A stretch of 64,000 nt of DNA, taken from positions 1,945 through 65,944 of the forward strand of contig CAMCXM010000003.1 in the NCBI GenBank assembly GCA_945883425.1. The letters run 5' to 3'. This document shows, piece by piece, positions 48,358-63,300 of the stretch (position 1 is the first letter of the stretch; each line of letters starts with the position of its first letter). Below the pieces are notes generated by a model that saw nothing but the letters and a program-made list of their open reading frames with translations, was not told the DNA's origin and ran no database searches. The position numbers were made by a program, and so were the translations under genes. This DNA comes from Spirosoma fluviale. GTDB taxonomy: Bacteria; Bacteroidota; Bacteroidia; Cytophagales; Flexibacteraceae.

Positions 48358-51300
48358 ATGAGAGCTCTCTCACACTGCCTGATCTCATTTGCGGTTGTCC
48401 TTAATTTACAGGCGGCCGTTCGAACTGCATCAAAAGACGCCAGGAATTCAACTGTCATTTCAAACTTCCGGGTATTGGCAGACCCAATTGATGTAAAAGT
48501 TGCCGGTAATCTGCCATTTTCCAAAGCAATTCCATCCAACCATTTTAGAGCGAATAATAATCAGGGCAAAGGATTTTCGGCGCTTTTTACTTCCGGCATT
48601 TCGTCCGACAAGCATCATGCATCCAATCTGAGCATCGAATCAACCACTGCACCCACCATCTCATCATTTTCTCCGGCAGCGGGCGCCCAGGGCCAAACAA
48701 TTACCCTTACCGGTACCAATTTTAATACCACCGCTTCCCAGAACATTGTCTTCTTCGGCGCAACCAAAGCTACTGTAACGACTGCCACCGCAACCAGCCT
48801 GACAGTGACAGTTCCGGCGGGTGCTACCTACGGGCCCGTTACTGTTCTGAATACGGCGACTTTGCTTTCGGGGGCAAGCACTGCCTTTTTTACCCCGGTC
48901 TTTACGCCTGCCAAATCTGGCTTTACCTCCTGCGATCTGGCTGCCAAGGTGGACTTTGCAGCCGGTTCTTATCCGCTGACGATCGCACTCGGCGATCTGG
49001 ACGGGGATGGTAAAACAGACCTTGCCGTTGCAAATGCGTATGCAAATACTGTTTCTGTTTTCCGGAACACCTCATCTTCAGGAACAATCAACACATTCAG
49101 TTTCTCGGCTAAAGTGGATTTTTATTCCGGTTCAGCTCCGGGGGCGGTCGCCATTGCCGACCTGAACGCGGATGGGAAGCCGGAATTGGTGGTGGCAAAT
49201 CAGTCTTCCAATACGGCTTCAGTATTCCAGAATAATTCTTCTCCGGGTAGTATTTCCACCAGCAGTTTTGGTTCGGCCATCAATTTCTCAACCGGAGCAA
49301 ATCCTTACAGTATTGCTGTCGGAGATCTGGATGGGGATGGAAAGAATGATTTGGTTGTGACCAATTTGAATGCTGCTTCCATTTCAACATTCCGGAATGT
49401 AAGTACCACCACCAGCCTGTCTTCTTCCAGCTTTAGCCCCAAGGTTGATTTTTCAGTTGGAACATCGCCTTACAGCGTGGACCTCGGCGACCTGGATGGC
49501 GACGGAAAAGCTGATCTGGTCGTGGCCAATATCAATTCCAATACCGTTTCCGTACTTCGAAATACAACTACGACCGGAGCATTTACCAGCAGCAGCTTTG
49601 CCCCTAAAGTAGATTTCGCCACCGGGCCATCTCCGAATTGGATTTCGGTTGCAGATGTAGATGGCGACGGCAAGGTAGACTTTGCCACAACCAATGTTTC
49701 CGGCAGCAGTGTTTCGGTTTTTCGCAATACATCTTCAGCGGGAAGTATCTCCAGCAGCAGCTTTGCAACCAAAGTTGACTTCCTGACTGAATCCAATCCA
49801 TCTGCTGTAGAATTTGCTGATATGGATGGCGATGGAAAAACCGACATGGTGGTGTCAAACGGGCAGAACAACACCCTTTCTGTTTTTCGCAATACCGCTG
49901 AAAATGGAAACATCGGTTCATCCAGTTTCTCAGGCAGGGTTGATTTCAATACAGGCTCACTTCCGAGATCCCTCGCAGCCGGTGATCTGGATGGCGATGG
50001 CAAACCAGATCTAGTGTCGACCAACAGTAATTCGAATACCATTTCGGTTTTCCGGAATACAGATATTCCATCCTCGCCTATTCCCGTTATCAGTTCTTTT
50101 TCACCGGCTTCCGGCTGTGCTTATCAAACGACCATCACCATCAGCGGCTCTAACTTTTCAGATGTTACCGGCGTAAGCATTGGCGGGGTACCTGTCAATT
50201 CATTTACCATCAATTCTGACAACCAGATCACAGCCATTGCTGCCGGTATTTCAGGTCCGGTCGCGGCAATCCGGAACTGCAGAACATATGCTGCCAGCCA
50301 GAGCTTTACGGTTTCGAACTGTGCCCCTCAAATAACCTCATTTTCGCCATCCTCCGCAAAACCCGGCGAAACAGTGGTCATCAGCGGGAGTGGTTTTAGT
50401 GCAACAGCCGCACAGAACATTCTCTTCTTCGGCTCGGTAAGATCGGTTGCAACTTCCGCTACCAGTACCAGCATTACTGTGACTGTACCTGCAGGAGCTA
50501 CCTATACCCCCATTCGCGTTCTAAATTCGGCTAACGCCCTTTCAGGAAGCAGCGCTTCGTATTTTACTCCGGTTTTTATTCCTGTCAAAACCGGTTTTTC
50601 GGCTTGTGATTTTTCGCCCAAAACAGATTTTACCAGTGGCAACGGCAATGGAACCGGCTCAGTGGCCATTGGCGATCTGGATGGAGATGGAAAGGCCGAT
50701 ATGGTGGTTGCCAATAACAACAACAATACTGTTTCTGTATTTCGAAATACCTCCACCACCGGGAGCATTACCAGCGGAAGCTTTGGATCTAAGGTTGATT
50801 TTTCCACAGTATCTGCTCCAAAAGCAGTAACCATTGGCGATCTCGATGGTGATGGCAAACCGGAATTAATTGTATCGGGTGGCAATTCCATATCCATTCT
50901 CCGAAATACTACCCTGGGCGGAAGCATAAACAGCAGCAGCTTTGCGGCCAAGGTTGATTTTCTGGCCGGGGCCGATGCCCGATCTGCTGCCATCGGCGAT
51001 CTGGATGGCGACGGAAAACCCGAAATTGTTGTAAGCAATTATGGTTCAAATACCATTTCCGTTTTCAGAAATACCAGCCTGAGCGGCGGTTTCACAGCCA
51101 GCAGTTTCCAATACAAAACGGAATTTGCAACCGGTTCCAATCCGAGTTTTGCCAGCATTGCAGACCTCGATGGAGATCAAAAGCCGGATGTGGTAGTAAG
51201 CAATTACAGTTCCAATACGGTTTCCGTCTACCGGAACACCTCTGCTGCCGGTATTTTTAACTCAGCCGGATTGGCAACGCCCGTTGAATTTACCACTGGC

Positions 51301-54300
51301 ACCAACCCCGCCATGGTTTTATGCGGTGATGTGGACGGTGACGGCAAAACCGATCTGATTGTTCCAAATTTCTCTTCAAACAGCATGTCCATTATGCGGA
51401 ACCAGGCATCTTCGGGAAGTATTCATTCCGGTAGCTTTGGAGCCAAGGCAGATTTTACCACCGGGAACAATCCGTCTTTTGTGGCCATTACAGACCTCAA
51501 CGGAGATGCAAAACCAGATCTGGGAATCCTAAATAATTCCTCTGCTACCGCGTCTTTTTTCCTGAATACATCAACAAGCGGCAGCATTGGAAGCGGCAGT
51601 TTTGCCGAAAGAGTGGATTACAGTACCGGGATTTCAGGCAGCAATCCTTCCACCCTGGCTTTTGCCGATCTGGAAGGTGACGGCCGACCGGAAATGGTGT
51701 TCACCTATGGCCAAAGTCTGGTTTCAGTGCTCCGGAACATCGATCCTGCACCTCCGACCATTGGTTCCTTTTCGCCTTCCAGCGGTTGTGCCTCTTCGGC
51801 TGCCATCACACTGACAGGGACCAATCTTTCTGGTATTACCTCGGTCAGCATCGGCGGCCTGCCTGCCAATAATTTTACGGTCAATTCGGCCACTCAGCTG
51901 ACCATTAATGCTTCAGCCAGTTCCGGCCAGATTATGGTAAGCAATTATTGCGGAAGTGCCACCAGCACGGGTTCGTTTGAAGCACAGAATTGTACCCCTG
52001 TGGTCACATCCATCAGCCCTGTTGCCGCAAAACCAGGTGAAACCATGACCATTACCGGCAGTAATTTCAATGCATCTGTTTCTCAGAATGTGGTTACCTT
52101 CGGCTCGGTGCGTGCGGCGGTAAGTGCATCGTCTACAGGAAGCCTTTCGGTGACAGTACCTTCAGGTGCCGCATATGGGCCCGTTTCTGTGCTGAACAGC
52201 GGCACATCGCTGTCAGGGACTAGTTCTGCCTCTTTTATTCCAACCTTCACCTCTAAAAAAGACACACTTACCACCTGCGATTTTTTACCGAAACTGGATT
52301 TTTCAGCGGGCTCTTCTCCTTCATACGTAGCCATCGGCGACCTGGATGGTGATGGCAAACCCGACCTGGCAGTGACCAACCAGAGTTCCTCTACGGTATC
52401 CGTTTTCCGGAATACTTCGACAAGTGGTGCCATATCAGGAGGTAGCTTTGCCGCTAAAGTGGATTTTACTACGGGAGCATCACCTGTTTCTGTTGCCATC
52501 GGAGATCTGGATGGCGACGGCAAGCCCGATCTTGCTGTGACCAACCTGAGTTCCAATACAGTTTCGGTTTTCCGCAATACCTCGGTAAGCGGAAACATCA
52601 ACAGCAGCAGTTTTGCGGCCAGAGTAGATTTTGCAACGGGCTTAAATCCATATTCTTCAGTAGCCATCGGCGATCTGGATGGCGATGGAAAGCCCGATCT
52701 GGCAGTGGCAAATTATGGTTCCAATACTGTTTCGGTTCTAAGAAACACATCCATAAGCAGCACCATTACTGCCAGCAGTTTTGCTTCAAAGGTGGATTTT
52801 GCTACAGGAAATTACCCATACGCCATAGCGATTGGTGATCTGGATGGTGACGGTAAGGCCGATATGGCAGTGACCAACCGGAGTTCCAATACGGTTTCTG
52901 TTTTCCGCAACACTTCAGTAAGCGGCAACATTTCAGCCAGCAGTTTTGCAGGAAAGGTGGATTTTATAACTGGAAGTTCACCTTATTCGGTGTCCATAGG
53001 GGACCTGGACAGGGACGGAAAGCCGGATCTGGCAGTGGCTAATGCTGTTTCTTCTTCTATATCAGTTTACAGAAATACAGCCAGCACCGGAGCGCTGAAT
53101 ACGACCTCTTTCTCTGCAAAAGTTGACATTTCCACTGGGGCACAACCCTATGCAGTGACTATTGCGGATGTTACAGGGGATGGTAAACCCGATCTGGTTT
53201 CTGCCAACCAGTACAATAACTCTGTTTCCATCATCCGAAATAATTCCTTACCAGGCAGCATTTCAACAGGAAGTTTTGCCCCGCTGATGGTGTATGCCAT
53301 GGGGGCCTATCCTAAAAATGTGGCTTCCTGTGACCTGGATGGCGATGGTTTGCCCGAACTTGTGACAGCCAATTCCAGTTCCAATTCTTTCTCGGTGCTG
53401 AAAAATAAAATGCTGGTTCCAGACCCCGTGATCAGCGGATTCAGTCCATCTTCCGGTTGCGCCGGTACTTCCACTTTTACCCTGTCGGGTTCCAACTTTT
53501 CTGAAATTTCGGCGGTGAGCATCGGCGGTGTTCCGGTGACCTCTTTCACCGTGAATTCAGAAACGGAAATTGTGGTTACGGTCGATGGCATTACCGGACC
53601 GGTGGGCCTAACCAAGAACTGCCGCACCGTTACCAGTTCTGCCAGTTTTACGGTAAACAATTGTGCCACCACCATCGCATCGGTGTCTCCCCTTAGCGGG
53701 AAGGCAGGCGATGCCATTGCCATTACCGGCACCAATTTCAATACCGTACCCAATCAGAATGTGGTGTTTTTCGGAGCCGTTAAGGCCACCGTTACCAATG
53801 CTTCCGCCACAAGCCTGATTGTAAATGTACCGGTGGGAGCCACCTATGCACCGGTAACGGTACTGAATGCCGCAACCCGCTCAATGGCCTCCGCCAGAAA
53901 TGCATTCAACCCTGTTTTCAGCCCGGCCAAAACTGGCTTTACATCCTGCGATCTTCAGCCAAGGGTGGATTTTACCACCGGCAGCTACCCATATTCAGTG
54001 GCCATTGGTGACCTGGACGGAGACGGCAAGCCCGACATGGCAGTGGCTAACGGATCATCCAGCACAATTTCCGTGTACCGAAATACTTCGGTACCCGGCA
54101 CCCTAACTACAAGCAGCTTTGCAGCTAAAGTAGATTTTACAACAGGCTCTAGTCCATATTCGGTTGCCATTGGCGACCTGGATGGCGACGGCAAACCAGA
54201 CCTGGCAGTAAGCAATTACAGTTCCAATACAGTTTCCATATTCCGAAACACTTCCAGTAGTGGCAGCATCAGCTTTGCGACCAAGGTGGATTTCACAACT

Positions 54301-57300
54301 AGCTCTAGTCCCTATTCCGTGGCCATTGGCGATCTGGATGGTGACGGAAAGTCCGATCTGGCAGTGACCAACCTGAGTTCCACTTCAGTTTCGGTTTTCC
54401 GCAATACCTCCGTCAGCGGAAACATCAACAGCAGCAGTTTTGCGGCCAGAGTAGATTTTACAACTGGCTCTAGTCCCTATTCCGTGGCCATTGGCGATCT
54501 GGAAGGTGACGGAAAGTCCGATCTGGCAGTGGCAAATTCTGGTCCCAATACGGTTTCGGTTTTCCGCAATACGTCGGTAAGCGGAAACATCAACAGCAGC
54601 AGTTTTGCGGCCAGAGTAGATTTTACAACAGGCTCTAGTCCCCGTTCCGTGGCCATCGGTGATCTGGATGGCGACGGAAAGCCCGATCTGGTCGCCTCAA
54701 ATAACAACGCTTCTTCACTGTCGATACTACGCAACACATCTGTCAGCGGCAGTATTTCGACCAGCAGTTTTGCTCCAAAAGCAGATGCCAGCACAGGTTC
54801 AAGCCCCAATTCGGTAGCCATCGGCGATCTGGACGGTGACGGTATGCCAGATCTGGCCGTGGTGAGTGGCAGCAGCCAAATTTCAATTCACCGAAATGGC
54901 GTGCCGGTGCTGCCCACCATTACCGGCATTTCCCCAGCTTCCGTGTGCGGAGCCTCGGGTACCATCACCATCAGCGGCACCAACCTGAGCGGAGTAACAT
55001 CAGTACGCGTGGGTGGAACAGCTGTTGCTTCTTACACCATCAATTCAGACAACCAGATTGCAGCGGTGGTTACCGGCAATTCCGGGGTATTTTCAGTGAG
55101 TACTTACTGCAGCACAGTCTCAGGAACCGATACCCTGAAATTCACGAACTGTACACCAACGATCACCGCATTTACACCGGCTGCCGCCGCACCGGGTGCC
55201 AGCGTTACCCTGACGGGTAGCAATTTTAATTCCCAGGCCGCCCTGAATGTTGTGTATTTCGGGGCTGCAAAGGCAACCGTAACCTCCGCAACTGCAAACA
55301 GCCTTACGGTAACGGTACCTTCCGGATCTACTTATGCACCCATCACCGTATTGAATACTGTAACCGGACTTTCGGGAGCCAGCCTTTCGCCTTTTATTCC
55401 GGTTTACAGCCCTGCCAAAACCGATCTTACTTCCTGTGATTTTAAAGACAAAGTAGATTTTACAACCGGTACCAACCCTTATTCTGTAGCATTTGGCGAT
55501 ATCGATGGCGACGGAAAACCCGATATGGCGGTGGCGAATTCCAATTCCTTTGCGGTTTCGGTTTATCGGAACATTTCCGCAACAGGCAGCCTTTCCAGTA
55601 ACAGCTTTGCTTCAAAAGTTGATCTAAGCCTTCCTTCTTATGTGTTCTCGGTTGGTTTTTCAGATTTGGATGGTGATGGCAAGCTTGACCTGGTAGTCGC
55701 CAATAGTAATTATTGGGGATCAAGTAATGTTTCGGTCTTTCGTAATATTGCTACTACCGGCAACCTATCAACCGCCAGTTTTGCCCCAAGGATTGATCTT
55801 GGATTAGGTAGTTATCTGTATTTGTATCATGCAGCTGCAGGTGATCTGGATGGTGATGGGAAACCTGATCTTGCGGTACCTTACCAAAGTAATTCGGGTA
55901 GTAGTATAATAGCTCTTTATCGCAACACATCAACAAGTGGGATCATCAGTTTCGCATCCGGTGGGACATTGACATTGGCAAATTATTCGTACCCTTATTC
56001 AGTAGCGATAGGCGATCTCGATGGAGATAACAAATCAGATCTGGCAATAGCCAACCAAAACAGTAATTCAATTTCTCTCTTCCGGAATATTTCCGTCAGC
56101 GAAACACTGAGCACAAGCAGCTTTGCTACAAGAATAGATTTTGCTACCGGCACAAATCCATATTCCCTGTCCATCGGCGATCTGGATGGAGACGGTAAAC
56201 CGGAGCTTGCTGTTGCCAACCGAACCTCAAATACAGTCTCTTTATTCCGGAATACCGCCATTAGCGGCAGCCTGAGCAGCAGCAGTTTTGCGGCCAAAGT
56301 GGATTTACCCACAGGGACAAATCCAAGGTGTGTAAGCATCGCCGACCTCAGTGGTGATGGCAAACCGGATCTGGCCGTGGCAAACGAAACGGCCAATTCA
56401 GTATCCATATTCCGAAACACATCTGTAAGTGGCAGCCTGAGCAGCAGTAGCTTTGCTCCAAAGCTGGATTTTCCTACCAGTACGAATCCTTATTCTGTGG
56501 CGGTGGGTGACCTTGATGGCGATGGACTTCCGGAGCTGGCAACCGCCAATTATGGCGCCAACTCGGTTTCGGTACTCAAAAACATTAAATCCGATTCCAT
56601 TCCACCTCAACCTGTCATAAACTCCTTTACCTCAGAGATTTGTGCTTCATTCACCGGAAATATTACCATTAATGGTTCTGGTTTTAATGGCATCACCTCT
56701 GTGAGCATCGGAGGACTACCCGTTTCTTCCTTTATCGTAAACTCTCCGACCGAAATCACGGCAACCATCAATACGGTGGTAAAGGGTATCATCCGGGTTG
56801 CCAATTACTGCAAATCTGCTCAAAGCACCGACTCACTGCGGGTTCTCAATTGTTCCCCCGTTATTTCGGCTTTTGCTCCGGCAGGGGCCTTGCCTGGCGA
56901 CACAATTTTAGTGAGTGGTTCAAACTTTCACTCGACTGCTAGCGAAAACGAGGTACAGTTCGGAGCTGTAAAAGCAATTGTGACAGCGGCTTCTGCATCC
57001 AGTTTGTCGGTCGTAGTTCCGATCGGTGCAACCCATGCCCCTATTTCTGTACTGAATAAAACAAATAGACTGTCTGGAGCAAGCAAATCTGCATTTGTAC
57101 CGAAATTTATTCCACCAAAAAGTGACTTTACCAGCAGTGATCTTGCCCCAAAGATTGATTTTTCTTCAGGCACTCCTTATTCGGTTTCTGTTTGCGATCT
57201 GGATGGCGATGGAAAACCTGATGTGATTACGGGGAATTATTCCAGACTTGTTTCGATTTTCCGGAATGTGTCTGCTTCCGGCAGCCTGAACAGCAGCAGT

Positions 57301-60300
57301 CTTACATCCAAGGTTGATCTGACGGCTGCCTATAATTACGTTTATGATACCGACTTTTCTGACCTGGATGGCGATGGCAAGCAGGATTTAATTGCAGCCA
57401 ATACAAATGAAGACTACTACAATCGTGTTTCTGCAATTTCCATTTTCAGGAATACATCATCCGCAGGCAGCATTTCCACCGGTAGTTTTTCTGCAAGGTT
57501 AGACCTGGGACTCTCAGGAATGTCCTTGCTCAGTGTTGCAGCAGGAGATTTGGATGGAAATGGAAAACCTGACCTCGTGATACCTTACTATAACAATGGT
57601 GGCTATAGCTATCTGGGCATCTATAGAAATACTTCAACCTCAGGAAGCATCAGTTTTGCATCAAGAGTAGAATGGATATTACCGTACAATTCAAATCCTC
57701 GAAATGTTGCCATTGGTGATCTGGATGGAGATGGGAAAGCCGATCTCATTGTAGCCAATTCAAGTCAGAACAACATCTCCGTTTTCCGGAATATTTCAAA
57801 TAGTGGCAACCTTACTACCAGCAGCTTTGCCGCAAGGGTGGATTTTGTCACCGGCACCAATCCTTACTCAGTGGCCATTGGTGATCTGGACGGGGATGGA
57901 AAACCGGACCTTTCGGTTGTCAATTATGGTTCCAATTCCGTTTCTGTTTTCCGCAATGTTTCTGTCACTGGCAACCTGAACAGCAATAGCTTTGCTTCGC
58001 GTGTAGACTTTACTACAGGCAGCAACCCCGTTTCTGTACATGTCGGGGACATCACTGGTGACGGCAGACCCGACCTGGCTGTAGCAAACGCCGGTTCTGC
58101 TTCCAATACCATATCAGTTTTCCGGAATGCAACCACCGTGGGCAACATTACAGGAAGTAGTTTTGTTCCGGCAAGTTTTTCTGCAGGCTCCTATCCCAAT
58201 TCCGTCTCCATCGCCGATCTGGATGGAGACAGCAAAGCCGATCTGGCTGCGGTTAACCAAAATTCCTCAACCTTATCCCTATTTCGTAACACGGACTCTC
58301 AGCTTCCCTACATAGCGTCTTTCAGTCCGACATCCGGCTGTGCAGGTTCAGCAAATATTACCATCAACGGTGCCAATCTTGCTGGTGCTACTTCTGTTCG
58401 GATCGGAGGAACAAATGTTACCTCTTTCACCATTGTTTCTGAATCCAGGATTACAGCCACCATCGGAAATGGCACAACCGGCCTTATCAATATCATCACA
58501 CCATTTGGCACGGCTGCATCTCAAGACACATTCAGGGTAAATCCCCGTCCTTCTGTCAGCATCACACCTTCCGGACCTACCAGTTTTTGTTCAGGCCAGA
58601 ATGTTACCTTAACTGCCAGTGCCGGGCAGTCCTACCAATGGACGCCGGGTGGGCAAACCACTCAAGCCATCAATGTCACCCAATCCGGTGTTTACACGGT
58701 AAAAGTTTTTAACGCAACAGGTTGTTTCTCCTCGGCAACCCAGGAAGTTTCGGTTATCAGCACATTGCCGGTTGTAATCAATGCCAGCGGTCCTACAACC
58801 TTCTGTAATGGAGACAGTGTGACACTAACAGCCAGTGGGGCGAATAGCTATGTATGGAGCCCGGGTGGACAAACCTCGGCCAGCATTAAGGTAAAAACAG
58901 GAGGAAACTACAGCGTTACCGGAACCACTTCGAGCTGTACAGGTACAGCCAGTCAATTGGTTACGGTTAACACCCCAACTGCTCCGGTTATCTCGGTTTC
59001 AGGGCCTGTTTCATTCTGTTCCGGTGGGTCGGTTACCTTAACCTCCTCCAGTGCTACGGGTAATCTCTGGTCCAATGGCGCCACCAGCCAAAGCATTGTG
59101 GTTACCAGCAGCGGGAGTTTCTCCGTAAAAAGAACCGATGCCAATGGATGTCTCTCTGGTAATTCATCTGCTGTTACGGTTACCGTTTCAGCAGTTCCAA
59201 CGGTTCCAACGATTTCTGCTTCCGGTCCGCTTACCTTTTGCCAGGGAGGCAGCGTTATATTGACTTCTTCAGCCGCTTCCGGCAATAGCTGGAGCAACGG
59301 GTTAACCAGCCAGAGCATCTCGGTTACCAGCAGCGGAAATTACACCGTGACCGTGGGGTCTGGATGTACAAGTACTTCCCTGGCTACCGCAGTTTCTGTG
59401 TCCCCATCCACCCAGGGAACTTTTGCTCCTATTGCGGCATTTTGTGCAGGCAGCACTGCCCCTGTTTTACCTCTTACCTCCAACAACGGCATTTCCGGTA
59501 CCTGGAACCCACAGACTGTGAGCAACACAGCTTCAGGCAATTATGTTTTTACTCCCACTTCCGGGTCCTGTATTGTAAATACGACTTTGCCGGTTTCGGT
59601 AATCCAGAATGTCACTCCGTCCTTCGGTACTTTAGGCCCAATTGCCTATGGAACGACGGCTCCCAGCCTGCCGGCTACATCTCTAAACGGCATCAGCGGA
59701 ACCTGGAACCCAGCTACCGTAAGCAATACACAAACAAGAGATTACACCTTTATTCCCAATCATGGGCAATGTGCCAATCCGGTTACCATTACCATTGTTG
59801 TCAATAACTATCCTGATCTGGCGGTACAGAATGTTTCATCACCGTTATCAGATAAATCTCCTGGTGATGTGGTAACAGTTTCATGGACAATAGCCAATAC
59901 CGGCTCTGCCCAATCCTTTACAAACTGGACGGAGCGCATCTATCTCCAGACACCAACCGGTCAAAACCGAACCCAGATCAAGCAATCCGTTTACACAACT
60001 TCGGATGTTATTGCTCCCGGTCAATCTATTTCAAGGACGGACAATATTACCCTTCCCCCACAAATAACCGTGGGCGATCAGGCAGTATTCGTTGTGGAAA
60101 TCCTTCCCGGGAATACCATTACCGAGGCACCCGGCACCAGTTCCAACAATACCGGTGTTCAATCTTCTGCCTGGAATATCCGAAAAACATTTACGATTCA
60201 GTTGACCTCAACGCAAATTACAGAAGGTTCAAGCACTGGTGTTTCGGTTACCGTAAGCCGTAGTGGTTCGGTTGTTGGAACGCAGTCTTTTGACATTGCC

Positions 60301-63300
60301 CTCAATCCATCAAACCGATTTTCGTTTCCTTCTACCCTCACCTTCCAGGCCGGACAGGTGAGCCGGACATTTACCCTCCTGGCAACAGATAATGCGCTCA
60401 TTGAGGGTAATATCGCCGCCACTCTTTCGGCTTCGGCTTCTGGTTTTCAAACGGCAACGGCCAATATAACCATTATAGAAGACGATAAACCCAGCCTGAG
60501 CATTACTGGATTACCAGATACGACCGGCGAAGGCGTGGTTTTAAACTTTACGGTGCAAACCAATCTGGCGCCGGTTTCTCCCTTAACTGTTTATCTGACC
60601 AGTAACAACAACACCCGTTTTCCTGTTCCGGCATCGGTCACCATTCCGGCTGGCCAGCTTTCCGCAAATGGCTCCATCAATCTGGTACAGGATAATACAC
60701 CTGAATTAAATGTAAATGTAAGCCTCACTGCTGGAGCTGCCAACCACAATTCAGCTACCAAAGTTCTGCACCTCACCGATGATGATATTCCGGGTATAGA
60801 GCTGGTCTTTCAAACCAAAACTGTTTCTGAATCTCAGGGTTTTTATGCGACACAGGCAACCATAAGACGTGTTGCGGGTGGTAATCCGATTGCCTTTTCG
60901 GTTAATTTATCGGCCAGTCTTTCCAATACGCTGATCCTTCCATCCAGTATACCTCTTGCTGCCAATGAGTTATCCAAGACATTTACGGTTGGTGTGGTAG
61001 ACGACGGACAGGTGAACGGCGCCAGAAATGTGACGGTATCTGCTGCTCTGTATGTGTCTTCATGCGGCTGCAGTGCGCCCAATACCACGGCTGGTTACTT
61101 TCAGGATACACTGCGGGTTCTGGATAATGACGGACCCACCCTAACCTTGTCTATGCCAGTTCTGACTCTTGGAGAAGGTCAGTCGAATGCCGGGTTACTT
61201 CGGATTACCCGAAATACTCCAACTGGTGCACCATTGGTAGTAAACCTTTTGTCAAGCAATACAGGCGAGGCGATGGTTCCGACATCAGCCACAATACCGG
61301 CGGGGTCCGCCTACATTGATGTATCGGTAACAACCATAAACGATAATATTACCGATGGCAGCAAACAGGTAAACCTGACGGCCTCTTCCAATGGATTTTC
61401 ATCCGGATCGCTTTGGGTGATTGTAACAGACATCAACAAACCGGATCTGGTTTTACAAAACGTGAACATCAGTTCGGCTTCAGTTGAAGCAAAAACCATT
61501 TTTACCTATGGTTTTAGAGTTTCTAATTCTGGTTTTGCCCACAATCCTGCCGGGGTTCGGGTGAAAGGGTATTTGTCGAAAGACAACATTCTGGATGCTT
61601 CTGACAGTCTTCTCAGCAATGACCAGATTTCTCAACCTGTACTAACCAACGAGCCTTACGATTTTGTGAATGCCATTCAGGCACCCAACAGGCCTGGCCA
61701 ATACAAGATTATTTTTCAAGTGAATCTGGATGCAGAATTTTCAGAACTGAGTTATGATAACAACACTTCAGCCGGACAAAGCTTACAGATTACCCCCGAA
61801 TATGATGCAACCGCTGCAGTTGATTCCTTGTGGTATTTGAGAGGTACAGCCATTGACATCCGTGGAACAGCAACCAAAACCAACGGAAGCCCGGCTGGAG
61901 ATGTTCCGGTGGATATCTATATCATATCCAACGGCCTGCGGCGTACCTTCAGTGCCCGGACCGATCAGCAAGGCCGCTACCAGTATCGTTTTCAACCTTT
62001 GAGCAGTGAAGTAGGAAGCTATACAGCAGGTGCCTGCTTTCCGGGATATGCTGCCTCTGAAACAGATGATGCGTTTGATATCCTCGGGGTCCGAATTAAT
62101 AATGGGACATTCCCACAATTTAAAATCACATTTGGCGACACACTGAAAGGAAAGTTGCTGGTAACCAATCTTTCAGGATATACGATCCGGAATGTTGGTC
62201 TGAGTCCGGACATTTTGCCACAAGGTGCTAATTTTCAGTTTGGCCTTATTCCTCAACTGAGTCCTCAGGGAAGTGATTCCATTTGGTTCCGGGCCTGGGG
62301 CAGCAGTCTTTCATCCGGAAATATTTTTCTTCCTACTTCCTTTCAGGTAACCTGCTCAAAAGGGAACCTTCAGAAGCAGGATGCCTATTATTTCTGCCAG
62401 GCAAGGCAGGCGTATATCGCTGCCAGCCTCAACCGGATGGATGTGAGGATTTCCTCATCTGTAGGGCAAAAAATTGTCCAGTTCAGGTTAACGAATTCCG
62501 GACAAGGAAATTCCGGACAGATTTCGGTTAATCTTCCTCAGAGCAACTGGCTTAGCTCTGTTTCACCGGTAACCATTCCGAATCTGGGACCAGGTGATAC
62601 TGCTTCGGTCATCCTTCGGTTTGCTGCCATAGCGGAAGTGCCATTTGGTTATCCTTTGAATGGAACCATCGGTATTCAAACGGCAAACGGAAACTCCTTT
62701 TCGATTCCCTTCACTTTTGAGAAAGTATCGCAGACTTCTGGTGTGGTGGCCATTGAAGCCACCAATCAGTTTACCTTTTTCGCAGATGGCGCTCCTAAAG
62801 TGGCCGGGGCGCAAGTAACCATAAAGAATTACTATACGGGGCAGGTCTACGGGCAGGGAACAACCGATTCTTCCGGAAAATTTTATGCTACCGGTGTGCC
62901 GGAAGGAGTTCATCGCCTGACCGTAGAAAAAGAAAGGCACCAGACCTTTTCCGGAAACATTGAGATCAATCCGGGTGATACCGTAAGCCGATCTGTTTTT
63001 CTCAATTATCAGGCCATTACCTTCAACTGGAATGTAGAACCCACAGCCATTGAGGACCAGTACGACATCACCCTGAATACCACCTTTGAAACCAACATCC
63101 CTATGCCGGTGGTGGTCCTGGATATGCCCAAAACAATGCCCGATTTGCAAGGGGATCAGGAATATGCATTTATGGTAACTTTTACCAATCATGGACTTAT
63201 TACAGCCAAGGATCTTGCATTAAATTTACCCCAATCTGATCCGGAATATGAGTTTGTTACGAACTACACGCCATCTGATCTATTGGCATTGCAGAGCATA

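Noticed and set aside
48079-48539. Minus-strand ORFs 48079-48330 and 48345-48539 upstream of, or overlapping, the giant-gene start.
   Set aside because: The second is antisense to the signal-peptide region of the giant ORF. The first sits in the AT-rich leader and has no family features. Both are more likely non-coding.
49470-56420. A series of long minus-strand ORFs in the track (49470-50042, 50502-51038, 52083-52667, 53307-53753, 54477-54821, 55995-56420). They contain a repeated ...GLPSPSRSPMATE... peptide.
   Set aside because: They are the antisense reading of the repeated GDLDGDGKPD codons of the frame-1 giant ORF. Their periodicity copies the FG-GAP blades. They have no independent start or signal features, and the plus-strand frame is continuous and domain-rich.
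62563-63192. A 209-aa minus-strand ORF near the window end.
   Set aside because: It lies entirely antisense to the continuous frame-1 ORF. Its sequence is low-complexity and family-less (His/Arg/Gly rich), so it is a shadow ORF.
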